Below are positions 10,605 to 20,724 of a stretch of DNA of 37,436 nt, in pieces. Numbering within the stretch: the first letter of the stretch is position 1; every line of letters begins with the position of its first letter. A model generated the notes under the pieces. It saw only the letters and a program-made list of their open reading frames with translations, was not told the origin of the DNA and did no database searches. The translations under genes and the position numbers were made by a program. Location: positions 64,425,794-64,463,229 of the forward strand of contig NC_057719.1 of NCBI RefSeq assembly GCF_004010195.1, in the 5' to 3' direction. The DNA comes from Chiloscyllium plagiosum (taxonomy: Eukaryota).

Positions 10605-11312
10605 GAGCTGCATTTTTGTAGGGCAGATCAGGGCAAGACTTATAACTGTTAATTTTGGTAAGGCAGATCAGGGCAGGACTTATACAGTCATTGGTCAGAT
10701 ACCAGTTATTGGGAAGTGTTGCCGAACAAAGAGACCTTGTAGTACAGGTTCATAGTTCTTTGAAATGGAGTCACAGGTAGACAGAGTAATGAAGGAGGTT
10801 TTTGGTCAGTGCATTGAGTATAAGAATTGGGAGGTCATGTTGTGGCTGTATAGGACATTGCTTAGACCGCTTTTGGAATACAATATTCAGTTCTGGTTTC
10901 CCTGATATAGGAAGGATGTTGTGAAACTTGAAAGATTCAGAAAAGACTTACAAGGATGTTGCCAGGGCTGGAGGGTTTGAGCTATAGGGCTGTTTTCCTG
11001 GAGTGTCGGAGGCTGAGAGATGGCCTTAAAGAGGTTTATAAAATCATGAAGGACATTCCCAAGGGGAGTTGAATCCAAAAGTAGAAGGCATAGGTTTAAG
11101 ATAAGAGGAGAAAGATTTAAAAGGGAGTTAAGGGGTAACTTCTTCATGCAGAGAATGTTGTGTGTGTGGAAAGAGCTGTCAGAGGAAGTGATGCAGGCTA
11201 GTACAATTACAACAATTAAAAGGCATCTGGATGGGTCCAGGAATAGGAAGGGTTTAGGGGATATGGGCCAGATCAGTTGGACTGAAGGGTCTGTGTCTGT
11301 GCTGTACATCTT
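10605..11312 (+). mobile_element. CR1 (HER1-like) LINE 3' portion
   Basis: EVMLWLYRTLLRPLLEY..QFWFP*YRKDVVKLE.IQKRLTRMLPGLEGLSYR and the CR1 3' UTR ending TGTCTGTGCTGTACATCTTTATG. Confidence 0.9.
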
Positions 11313-11314
11313 TA

Positions 11315-11852
11315 TGGGGGATTGTACTATAGACCCCAAATGTCAGCAGGAAATTGAGAAACAAATTTATTAGGAGATCTCAGTTATCTGAAAGTATAAT
11401 AGGCTGGTTATGGTTGGGGATTTTAACTTTTCAGACATAGACTGGGACTGCCATAGTGCTAAGGGCTTAGATGGAGAGGAATTTGATGATTCAGTATGTG
11501 GATGTACCTACCAGCGAAGGTGTAATACTTGACCGAGTCTTGGGGAAATAAGGCAGGGCAGGTGACAGATATCAGTGGGGGAGCACTTTGTGGCCAATGA
11601 TTATAATTCTGTTAGCTTTAAAATAGTGATGTAAAAGGATAGACTGGATCTAAAAGTTAAAGTTCTAAATTGGAGGAAGGCCCATTTTGATGATATTAGG
11701 CAAGATTTTCAAAAGTTGACTGAGGGCAGATGTTTGCAGGTCAATGGACGGCTGGAAAATGGGAAGCCTTCAGAAATGATTTAATGACGGTCCAGAGACA
11801 GCATGTTCCTGTTAGGTTGAAAGGCAAGGCTGGTGGGTGTAGGGAATTCTGG
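11315..11852 (+). mobile_element. CR1 LINE fragment, APE endonuclease C-terminal half, truncated by a Penelope insertion
   Basis: GLYYRP...VMVGDFNFSDIDW...QYVDVPT.EGVILDRVLG...GEHFVANDYNSVSFKIV are APE motifs. Confidence 0.85.
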
Positions 11853-13662
11853 ATTGGTGCGGGTGTCCCAGAGATGTTTCCTAAAGTGCTCTGCGAGGAG
11901 GCGTCCAGTCTCCCCAATGTAGAGGAGACTGCATCGGGAGCAACGGATACAATAAATGATATTGGTGGATGTACAGGTAAAACTTGGATGGATGTAGAAG
12001 GCTCCTTTAGGGCCTTGGATGGAGGTGAGGGAGGAGGTGTGGGCGCAGGTTTTGCAATTCCTGCGGTGGCAGGGGAAGGTGCCAGGATGGGAGGATGGGT
12101 TGTAGGGGGGTGTGGACCGGACCAGGTAGTCACAGAGGGAACGGTCTTTGCGGAAAGGGGTGAGGAGGGAAATATATCCCTGGTGGTGGGGTCCGTTTGG
12201 AGGTGGCGGAATTGTCGGCGGATGGTTTGGTTTATGCGAAGGTTGGTAGGGTGGAAGGTGGGCACCAGGGGCGTTCTGTCCTTGTTACGATTGAAGGGGT
12301 GGGGTCTGAGGGCGGAGGTGTGGGATGTGGACAAGATGCTTTGGAGGGCATGATGGCAGTTTTGCAGGAGGTAGGGTGGGAAGAGGTGTAATCCAGGTAA
12401 CTGTGGGAGTCGGTGGGTTTGGAAAAAATGTCGGTCATCATTAATGGAGATGGAGAGGTCCAGGAAGGGGAGGGAGGTGTCAGAGATGGTCCAGGTAAAT
12501 TTAAGGTCAGGGTGGAATGTGTTGGTGAAGTTGATGAATTGCTCAACCTTCTCGCGGGAGCACGAGGTGGCGCCAATGCAGTCATCAATGTAACAGAGGA
12601 AGAGGTGGGGAGTGGTGCCAGTGTAATTACGGAAGCTGGACTGTTCTACGTAGCCAAAAAAGAGACAGGCATAGCTGGGGCCCATACGGGTGCCCATGGA
12701 TACCCCTTTGGTCTGGAGGAAGTGGGAGGATTTGAAGGAGAAATTGTTAAGAGTGTCGGTGGAAGGGTACTGTTGGGGACGTCGGGAGAGGAAGAAACAG
12801 AGGGCTTGGAGGCCCTAGTCATGGCGGATGGAGGTGTAGAGGGACTGGATATCTATGGTGAAGATGAGGTATTGGGGGCCAGGGAAACAGAAATCTTGGA
12901 GGAGGTGGAGGGCGTGGGTGGTGTCTCGAACGTATGTGGGGAGTTCCTGGATTAAGGGAATAGGACAGTGTTGAGGTAGGTAGAAATGAGTTCGGTGGGG
13001 CAGGAGCATGCTGAGACAATGGGTCGGCCAGGGTGGTCAGGCTTGTGGATCTTGGGAAGGAGGTAGAACCGGGCAGTGCAGGGTATCCAGACTATGAGTT
13101 GGAAGCTGTCGGTGGGAGATGTCCTGAGGTGATGAGGTTCTGTATGGTCTGGGAGATGTTGATTTGGTGATGGGTGGTGGGGTCATGGTCGAGGGGGCTA
13201 TAGGAAGAGGTGTCCTTGAGTTGGCGTCTGGCTTCAGCAGTGTAGAGGTCAGTGCGCCAGACTACCACTGCACCCCCTTTATCTGCTGGCTTGATGGTGA
13301 GGTTGGGATTGGAGCAGAGGGATTGGAGGGCTGCGAGTTGTGAGGGTGAGAGGTTGGAGTGGGGTAGACAGGTTGAGGCGGTTAATGTCCCGGCGGCACT
13401 TGGAAATGAAGAGGTCGAGGGCAGGTAATAGGCCAGCACAGGATGTCCAGGTGGATGGAGTGTGTTGGAGGTGGGCGAAGGGGTCCTCGGAAGGTGGGCG
13501 GGTGTCCTGATTGTGAAAGTAAGCGCGGAGGCGGCAGAAGAAGTGTTCGACGTCACGGTGTGTATTAAATTCATTGATGTGTGGGCGGAGGGGGATGAAG
13601 GTGAGTCCTTTTCTGAGGACTTGATTGTTCGTCCTCAGTGAGGGGGAGGTCTGGAGGGATGG
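11853..13662 (-). mobile_element. Penelope-like element (family 1): RT plus the start of the GIY-YIG endonuclease, with internal deletions
   Basis: VLRKGLTFIP; LTIKPADKGGAVVV; FTIDIQSLYTSI (RT motif A); MGTRMGPSYACLF (B'); YIDDCIG (C); LPFLDLSI; NIIYCIRCSRCSLLYIGETG (GIY-YIG) near 11970-11910. Confidence 0.93.
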
Positions 13663-13733
13663 CAACACTTGCTGAACAGCTACACTATCACAGATAAGCA
13701 TAAACAGTGGACATTTTGGGTTTTGGTATTCCT

Positions 13734-13766
13734 CAATTACCTGCATTTGAGGAATGCAGGTAATTG
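13734..13766. repeat. Perfect 14-bp inverted repeat with a 5-nt loop
   Basis: CAATTACCTGCATT (13734-13747) TGAGG AATGCAGGTAATTG (13753-13766). Confidence 0.85.
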
Positions 13767-14816
13767 CCTGAAAGAGAGTAGACTACAAGGAAATGCTATT
13801 GGGCTGATCGGAAATAAAGTGGTCGGGGCCTGGTATGAAGCATAAACACCAGCACAGACATGTTAATACATATTCTCTTCCTGCACAGCTGTTCTAGGTG
13901 ATACTCTGAAGTTTGATTTTGACCCACATTTGCCATCTCCTAGCAAACGTGCTTGAGATTTATCACATGATTTGGGAGTTTTTTTTGACTTTTGTAAATG
14001 CTACTAGGATCTGATGCTTAACTAAATTAGTGTTTGTAGCTAAACGATGGATATTAAAATGGTTTTGTTCTGGGGAAACACAGAGGTTCATCACAAACAG
14101 CCCCAGGGAGACACTGCAGATAAGGCCATTGCTAATGACAGTGCAACTAAAGTAACAAATGCAAACAAGGCAAAGGACTTTTGAACCCAGCAGAATGAAG
14201 CGTTGTTAAATGACTCATTTTTTCTCTCTAAAATTCGAATCTCAGTAAATAACCTTTATTTTTAAATATAGTTTAACGTCAGTTCCATCCTGGACTTTTT
14301 AGTGACCATTCTGACTTCAAACTTGGTTCAAACCAAATATTTCCCAATGTGTATATGTGAGACAAGTAAACATTAATATTATCTGCGTTGCTGACGATAG
14401 TGCAGTGGTGAATGAAGCCGCGTGTTGATACATCTTCCTGCACACTCAGTCATTGACCGTGCTTTTCACATGTAGATAGCATAGCTGAGCCTTCCAGTAA
14501 TGGATAAGACTCTCTAATCCATACAAACTTTAAGCCAACTGCTCTTGTTCCTAAAAAGGAATTTTGATAGTGGGTTTTTAAAAAAAATAGTTCTGTTAGC
14601 TCCCTCCCCTCCCCATCTGATTGTGAGTCAGTTGTACATGCTGAGTAGAATATGGTACAGAGTCTGACCACTTTAGATGCTATTTTCTAATAAAGCTATT
14701 CAGAAATGTTATTACACAACCTTAGAGCAGGTCACTTGTGCCATAAGAGTCCCACTGAACAGTTTGGAAGATCACTTGAATTGAAAGATTATTCAGCATC
14801 TTCAAACAGTACGTAA

Positions 14817-14879
14817 GGGAGGCAATGGCCTAGTGGTGTTCTCCCTAGACTGTTAATCCAGAAACTCAGCTAACGTTCA
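14817..14879 (+). mobile_element. Head of a tRNA-derived SINE, interrupted by an HE1-like SINE
   Basis: GGGAGGCAATGGCCTAGTGG (A-box) followed by CTAGACTGTTAATCCAG (anticodon-arm-like), truncated where HE1 begins. Confidence 0.55.
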
Positions 14880-14984
14880 GGGCAGCATGATGGCTCATGG
14901 TTAGCATTGCTGCCTCAGTGCTAGGGACCCAGGTTCGATTCCAATCTCGGGTGACTATCTGTGCGAATTTCCGTTCACTGTTTT

Positions 14985-15068
14985 GAGAGTGTGGTGCTGG
15001 AAAAGCACAACAGGTCAGCATCCAAAGAGCAGGAGAATCGATGTTTCAGGCGTAAGCCCTTCATCAGG
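14985..15068 (-). mobile_element. Penelope family 1 tail fragment with a hammerhead motif
   Basis: Reverse complement CCTGATGAAGGGCTTACGCCTGAAACATCGATTCTCCTGCTCTTTGGATGCTGACCTG matches 23102-23185. Confidence 0.85.
15037..15068 (-). ncRNA. Minimal hammerhead ribozyme motif (degenerate)
   Basis: CUGAUGA-A-GGGC/UUAC/GCCU-GAAA-CAUC. The ACGU palindrome has mutated to ACAU and the 5' strand of stem I is truncated. Confidence 0.6.
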
Positions 15069-15319
15069 TTACGTGGATTGGCCATGTTCAATTGCCCAGA
15101 GTGATGCAGGCAAGGTGGATTAGCCAGAGGAATTAGACGGTAGCGGCGTGGGTCTGGGTGGGATGCTCTTTGGAGGGGCGGTGCGGGCTGATTGGCCGAA
15201 TGGTCTGCTTCCACGTTGTAGTCATTCTATGAAATAGCCAGGGTGGAAAGTGCACAAGTTATTGACATGCAATGAGGATGTCCTTTGCTTTTATGGTATC
15301 CCTGTGGATGATAGCTGAT

Positions 15320-15440
15320 GTTATCCTGGTCTAGAGCAGTTCAAGAAGTCAGTTTGTTATTACCATCTTGAGGGCAGTTACTGAGGGGTAACAAATCTGG
15401 CCTTGCCTTCAATGTACACATCCCATGAAAGATTTTTGTT
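15320..15440 (+). mobile_element. 3' tail of family B LINE, or of a SINE sharing it
   Basis: GAGGGCAGTTACTGAGGGGTAACAAATCTGGCCTTGCC...CACATCCCATGAA resembles the reverse complement of 9575-9625. Confidence 0.5.
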
Positions 15441-16064
15441 TCAGACAAGCCCCATGCCAAAGTGGAAATTTTATTTTCCTTCTTCTGCTCCCTCACATCT
15501 GCATCAAATTCCCAGAAATAAAGATGGTTAACAGCTACTCCTTTGAGCTGTTCCAATCTCTCCTGCAAGTATGACGAGAGGGTTTTAGGGATAGATTTAA
15601 ATTGGGATGTTGAAACATGATGGAAGACACACTGGTTATATGATGGATAGTCTGTGTGGCCATCGAAACATTGTCAATGAGATGAAAGAAAACACTTTCA
15701 TAACTCCAAAAGCAGTTAATGGTAGTAGGATCGCATGGTTTCCATTGGCAGCGGTTTTTTCAACTTGATCACTTTCAACATTAAACACTCCTTAGATTTT
15801 GTCAATTGCACATACCTTACTGCAGTCAATTTGATTGGAATCTGCCTGGCATGTTCTGAAAGAGAATCCTGCTGCTCTTACTATGGGAATGCACTCACCT
15901 CCTCCTGATTTTTGTCCTGGATTTAATATTGATTGATTTATTTATTGTCACATGTATTTGCTACATGTATTTGTTATGATGTGGAGGAGTCGGTGTTGCA
16001 CTGGGGTGGACAACATTAAAAATCACACAGCACCAGGTTATAGTTCAACAGGTTTATTTGGAAG

Positions 16065-16099
16065 CACTAGCTTTCGGAGTGCTGCTCTTTCATCAGGTA
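16065..16099 (-). ncRNA. Minimal hammerhead ribozyme motif
   Basis: UAC-CUGAUGA-A-AGAG/CAGCA/CUCC-GAAA-GCUA-GUG. Intact catalytic core, AGCU palindrome, CUA triplet, stem I UAC/GUG, one mismatch in stem II. Confidence 0.7.
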
Positions 16100-16714
16100 A
16101 CTAGTGGGGCAGGATCATAAAACACAGAATATATAACAAAAGATCACAGTGTCATGCAATTAAAATGACATATAGAACAAACCTAGATTGCTGTTAAGTC
16201 TTTCATCTTTTTGAATGGGTTGCAGGTTTTGGTTCATTAATATGTAAATCCCAGAACTTCTTTTAAGTCACATTCTCAAGATAAGTTAAGGTTTTATAAC
16301 AAAAGGTGACATCTCAGGCAATGCATTAAAGGTGTGAGGTTAGAGTCTGGCTGTATCCTAATCTTGAGTCAGACTGGTTCTATTTCCAAAGTAGGTTTGC
16401 AAATGTTTTATGGATTGACTGCCTGCAGGTTGTGTGCTTTTTGAGCAAAAATAGAATGTATCTGAAAATACAATTCTGCAAGTGCAAATTTTGCAAATAT
16501 AAATCTGCAAATACAAACACTTCAGCGGTCAGGGACATTCGGCCTTGGATCTTCAGGTGATCATCCTCCAAGACTGACTTTGGGATATGCAACACTGCAG
16601 AGTGGGCCGAGCAGAGGGTGATAGCCAAGTTCGGTACCCATGGGGATGGCATCAACCGGGACCTTGGGTTCATGGTGACCTACAGGTGTCTACAGGTGAC
16701 CCCACTACACTATG

Positions 16715-16943
16715 CACTCTCTCACACATACACACACACTCTAACATACTCACACCCTCACACAGACCCTCTCTCACACACATGCTCTCTCTCAGACACA
16801 CACACACACATACACCCGCCACACTCAAACCCATGCTCACACCCTCTCACAGGCTTATACTCCATCACCTCACACACACACTCTACCAAGCACGCACACA
16901 TGCAAACACACTCTCTCAAGAGCACTCACACTTACACACTCAG

Positions 16944-16976
<33 letters not shown>
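16715..16976 (+). repeat. CA/CT-rich low-complexity tract ending in a perfect (CA)n microsatellite (about 16946-16976)
   Basis: Directly visible; lies inside the Penelope 3' region. Confidence 0.9.
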
Positions 16977-16978
<2 letters not shown>

Positions 16979-17024
16979 GTCTATGGGGTTAATTTGCATT
17001 TGCAGAATTGTATTTGCAGATACA

Positions 17025-17363
17025 ATCCCTCTAAACTGTTTCTATTCAAACATCCATCCAGATGCCTCTTAAATGTTGTAATTATTATAGCCTTCCTCTG
17101 GCAGCTCATTCCATACACGCACCACCCTCTGCGTGAAAAGTTGCCCTTTAGATTCCTATATATTTCTCCTCTCACCTTAAAGCTATGCCTCTCATTTTGG
17201 TCTCCCCCACCCAGGGAAAAGACCTTGCCTATTTATGCCCCTCATGATTTTATAAACCTCTATAAGGTCACCCCTCAGCCTCTGACGCTCCAGGGAAAAC
17301 AGCCCCAGCCTGTTCAGCCTCTCCCTATGGCGCAAACCCTCAACCCTGGCAACAACCTTGTAA
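17025..17363 (-). mobile_element. CR1 LINE 3' fragment
   Basis: Colinear with 18500-18848 and with the reverse complement of 10950-11255. Confidence 0.88.
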
Positions 17364-17765
17364 TTCTAGAGGCAGTAATTACTGTTTTATAAGCTGTTGC
17401 ATTGTTTTGGAACGTTGGGAAAAATGGATCAAAACAACAGCATTTTATAAAAGAAGTAAGGGAGACAAAGGCAATGACCACATGGTGGGAAGTGAATCAG
17501 TGGCGAAAGAAACCTGCACAGCTGTCTGATCCAACAGTGAACCTTCACAGCTACTGCCTCTGCTGTTAGATTTCAAGTACCTCTGGATATCAGTGTTGCT
17601 CTAACCAACAGCAAAATTCATAGCTGACCTTGGAGAAACCTGCGTGGGGAGATCACAGCAGGGGAGCAGCTCAGTGGCGAGTTTTATTTTTGTCGAATCT
17701 ACAATAGTGAGTAGAGTGGATTCCTTTTGGTTATATGTTTTAATGGAGTTCTGTCTCTTGATTTT
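17362..17765 (+). mobile_element. CR1 5' UTR fragment
   Basis: GCAGTAATTACTGTTTTATAAGCTGTTGCATTGTTTTGGAAC...AAAACAACAGCA and GTGGATTCCTTTTGGTTATATGTTTT match 35812-36215. Confidence 0.75.
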
Positions 17766-18242
17766 AGAATCTAACCTGATTATCTGATACTGTGGGCCAG
17801 GTAACCTTTCCCACTGTCAACCCTACTCTTTCCTAATAGCATGGAGGCAGAGACACTCCCAGTCCTACACCTGCCTCCAGCCCCATCATGTAACTCTGCT
17901 GAGGCTCCCTTTTCAAAAAAATGTGTGATGTGATTGTGAACAGAGTAAAGACAATATATTTATATTGTAGCGTTTCAGCTACAATGCCAAGGCTCTCCTG
18001 TTTAGGTCATTTCTATTTCATGATCGTGAGAATATTCTAGAATGATGCAGAATTGGTATCTTCCCAGTTTATTAGCCCTTACCAAGAAATCACAACCACA
18101 GCCCTGCTCCTGCACTGGTTTTGTTAAACTTCTTTTTTCAACTAAGTATTACCTTTCTCTGAGAGTAAACATTATAATGTCTATAATTAAGTAATCAGTT
18201 ATACTTTCCTCTCTCAAGATTATTAATAAACAATATTTCGTG

Positions 18243-19118
18243 AGTCATAAAGATGTACAGCATAAAAACAGACCCTTCGGTTCAACTCATCCATGCTGAC
18301 CAGATATCCGATATAAATCTAATCCTATTTACCAGCATTTGGTCCATATCCCTCTAAACCCGTTCTATTTGTATATCCATCCAAATGCCTTTTAGAGTCA
18401 TAGAGGTGTACAGCATGGAAACAGACCCTTCAGTCCAACCCGTCCATGCCGACCAGATATCCCAACCCAATCTAATCCCACTTGCCAGCACCCGGCCCAT
18501 ATCTCTCCAAACACTTCCTATTCATATACCCATCCAAATGCCTCTTAAATGTTGTAATTGTACCAGCCTCCACCACTTCCTCTGGCAGCTCATTCCATAC
18601 ACACACTATCCTCTGTGTGAACAGTTGTCCCTTAGGTCCCTTTTAAAACTTTCCCCTTTCGCCCTAAACCTGTGCCCTCTAGTTCTGGACTCCCCCACCC
18701 CAGGGAAAAGACCTTGTCTACTTACCCTATCCATGTCCCTCATGATTTTATAAACCTCCATATGGTCACTCCTCAGCCTCCGACGCTCCAGCCTATTCAG
18801 CCTCTCCCTATAGCTCAAACTCTCCAAACCTGGCAATATCCTTGTAAATCTTTTCTGAACCCTTTCAAGTTTCACAACATCCTTCCTATAGGAGGGAGAC
18901 CATATTTGCACACAGTATTCCAAAAGTGGCCTAACCAATGTCCTGTACAGCTGCAACATGATCTCTCAACTTCTATACTCAGCGCTCTGACCAATAAAGG
19001 AAAGCATAGTAAACGTCTTCTTCACTGTCCCATCTACGTGCAACTCCATGTTCGAGGAACTATGAACCTGTGCTCCAAGGTCTCTTTGTTCAGCACCACT
19101 CCCTAGGACCTTGCCATT
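18243..19118 (-). mobile_element. CR1 LINE 3' portion (18395-19118) plus a second CR1 3' end (18243-18392) in tandem
   Basis: ORF 18606-18959 LQLYRTLVRPLLEYCVQIWSPSYRKDVVKLERVQKRFTRILPGL. GAGTCATA.AG.TGTACAGCAT..AAACAGACCCTTC occurs at both 18242 and 18395. Confidence 0.9.
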
Positions 19119-19274
19119 GTTGTGACTTCATTATTCTTACTTAATGTGCATATCAATATATTTAAATTAGTGCTTTGTGATCTTCTGCAGTTGTTTATAC
19201 AGTTTTGAAGTTATCAGCAACTTTTTACAGAATTATGTATTTTGTCTTAAGGTATCACCACATGGAAAAAAATG

Positions 19275-19412
19275 AAATAGATTCTTGTTCAGTATGGGAA
19301 TCAAGGATTATGGGAAAGGATAGGTAAGTGGATATGAGGAATGTCGGACCAGCTGTGATTGATTGGTTGGTGGAGCAGGCTTGAGGGGCTGAATAGCCTA
19401 CTCCAATTCCTA
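19275..19412 (+). mobile_element. CR1-type 3' tail remnant
   Basis: GGAATCAAGGATTATGGG...GGAGCAGGCTTGAGGGGCTGAATAGCCTACTCC is a typical CR1 3' end. Confidence 0.6.
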
Positions 19413-19469
19413 AAAGAAAGTAGACTATAAACGCTCTCCAGCTGCATGCACAGAATTCATCAACAAAAT

Positions 19470-20160
19470 TCATCATCTTCTCCAATGTGTCAGTCCAGCC
19501 TATGGCCAACTCAGGAAAATAGTATTTGAGGATTAGAATCTAAAGCCCAAAGCTAAAGTTGTGGTTTAATAGACAGTAGTGATCCCCACATTGCTATATG
19601 GATTGGATATTTGGACAACCTACAGCAGACACCTCAAAGGATTGGAGATGGATCACTAGCAGTGCCTTTACATGATGTTCTGAATCTGGTGACGATAAAG
19701 ATGGACTAACAGAACACTGTCTTGGAGGGCAACCTGCCCAACATAGACATCCCAATATCTCAAAATCAGCTCTCTTGAACAGGACATGTTGCTTGTATGG
19801 TTTACACCCAAAATAACTGCTCCATTCCCAACTTGATCATTGCCGGAGGTTCCTCGGAGGACTGAAGAAGCACTTCAGGGATGGCCTCAAAACTTTGATC
19901 TTGAGCAGGTCAAACATATCTGTTGCTCCATGGGTTCGCTGTCTTGTGGCCCACCAATAGGGCAAAGGTTCATTCCAGAAAGAATTGAATGTATTGCAAG
20001 ACTTTGGGGATATGCAGAGGTGACATCAAAGTCTCAGAGGGAGCCTGCAATCCTCCAAAGAACACTTTTACCCAACCCTTCAAATGCCACCTGGCCCACA
20101 TGTGGCAAAGTCGATAGATCAGATATTTCAGAGCCCAGTGAACTAGAATGAACCCAAGTC
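19470..20160 (+). mobile_element. RTE-clade (BovB-like) LINE 3' fragment, decayed
   Basis: AYGQLRKIVFED*NLKPKAKVVV**TVVIPTLLYGLDIWTTYSRHLKGLE...W.GHV... and a terminal PTCGK zinc-finger remnant. Confidence 0.8.
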
Positions 20161-20412
20161 ATTGTCATGGTTTCAGCAAAACTGGTTGATAACAGCTAAA
20201 GTTGGAAATATTACAGTATCATTCTTTGATTTAAAGTACCAACCTTGAAACAGTGTGGTTGCCTGCGCACTTTGAATTGAAGCCAGAAACGGGTACCTTT
20301 GAAGTAGTTTTGAGATGAGAAACAGATTTATCAAAAAGTTAGCTCCCAACCCAACACAAACCTGTCCTTTTCATTTCCTTAAAGCTCTCCTCAGCAGAAT
20401 ATTTATATATGA

Positions 20413-20724
20413 ATTAGAATCACTACTGTGTGGAAACAGGCCCTTCGGCCTAACAAGTCCACACCGACCCTCTGAAGGGTATCCCACCCAAAACCATTCC
20501 CCATTAGTCTACATTTACTCTTGACTAATGCATCTAACCTGAACACTATGGGCAACTTGGCATGGCCAATTCACCATCTTTGGTGAACCTGCGCATCTTT
20601 GGTTTGTGAGAGGAAACCCACGCAGACACTGGGAGAATGTGCAAACTCCACACAATTGCCAAGGCTGGAATCAAACCCAGGTCCTTGGTGCTGTAAAGCA
20701 GCAGTACTAACCACTGTGCCACCC
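20413..20724 (-). mobile_element. HE1-like SINE
   Basis: Homologous to 1729-2046; head GGGTGGCACAGTGGTTAGTACTGCTGC on the minus strand. Confidence 0.9.

Larger units (their letters stand above)
14880..15232 (+). mobile_element. HE1-like SINE, interrupted by a Penelope tail
   Basis: GGGCAGCATGATGGCTCATGGTTAGCATTGCTGCCTCA, B-box GGTTCGATTCC at 14932-14942, and 3' tail TGGCCGAATGGTCTGCTTCCACGTTGTAG..TTCTATGA. Confidence 0.85.
15976..17027. mobile_element. Penelope-like element (family 2) with inverted structure: 3' tail on minus (15976-16490); GIY-YIG C-terminus, CA-rich spacer and start of the tail on plus (16515-17027)
   Basis: Plus strand HFSGQGHSALDLQV...EQRVIAKFGTHGDGINRDLGF. 16454-16490 is the approximate reverse complement of 16990-17027. 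The tail matches 33560-34043 and 29880-30086. Confidence 0.85.

Noticed and set aside
11730..12955. Long Gly/Val/Glu-rich plus-strand ORFs (207 and 180 aa)
   Set aside because: Antisense shadows of the C-rich Penelope RT strand.
14817..14945. tRNA gene
   Set aside because: A and B boxes belong to SINE heads; no complete cloverleaf.
15460..15565. Possible minus-strand exon (ttgcag|ERLEQLKGVAVNHLYFWEFDAD|gtgagg)
   Set aside because: Splice-like signals only; no recognisable protein or partner exons. Needs RNA-seq.
16587..17072. His/Thr-rich ORFs
   Set aside because: Translation of the CA-rich tract.
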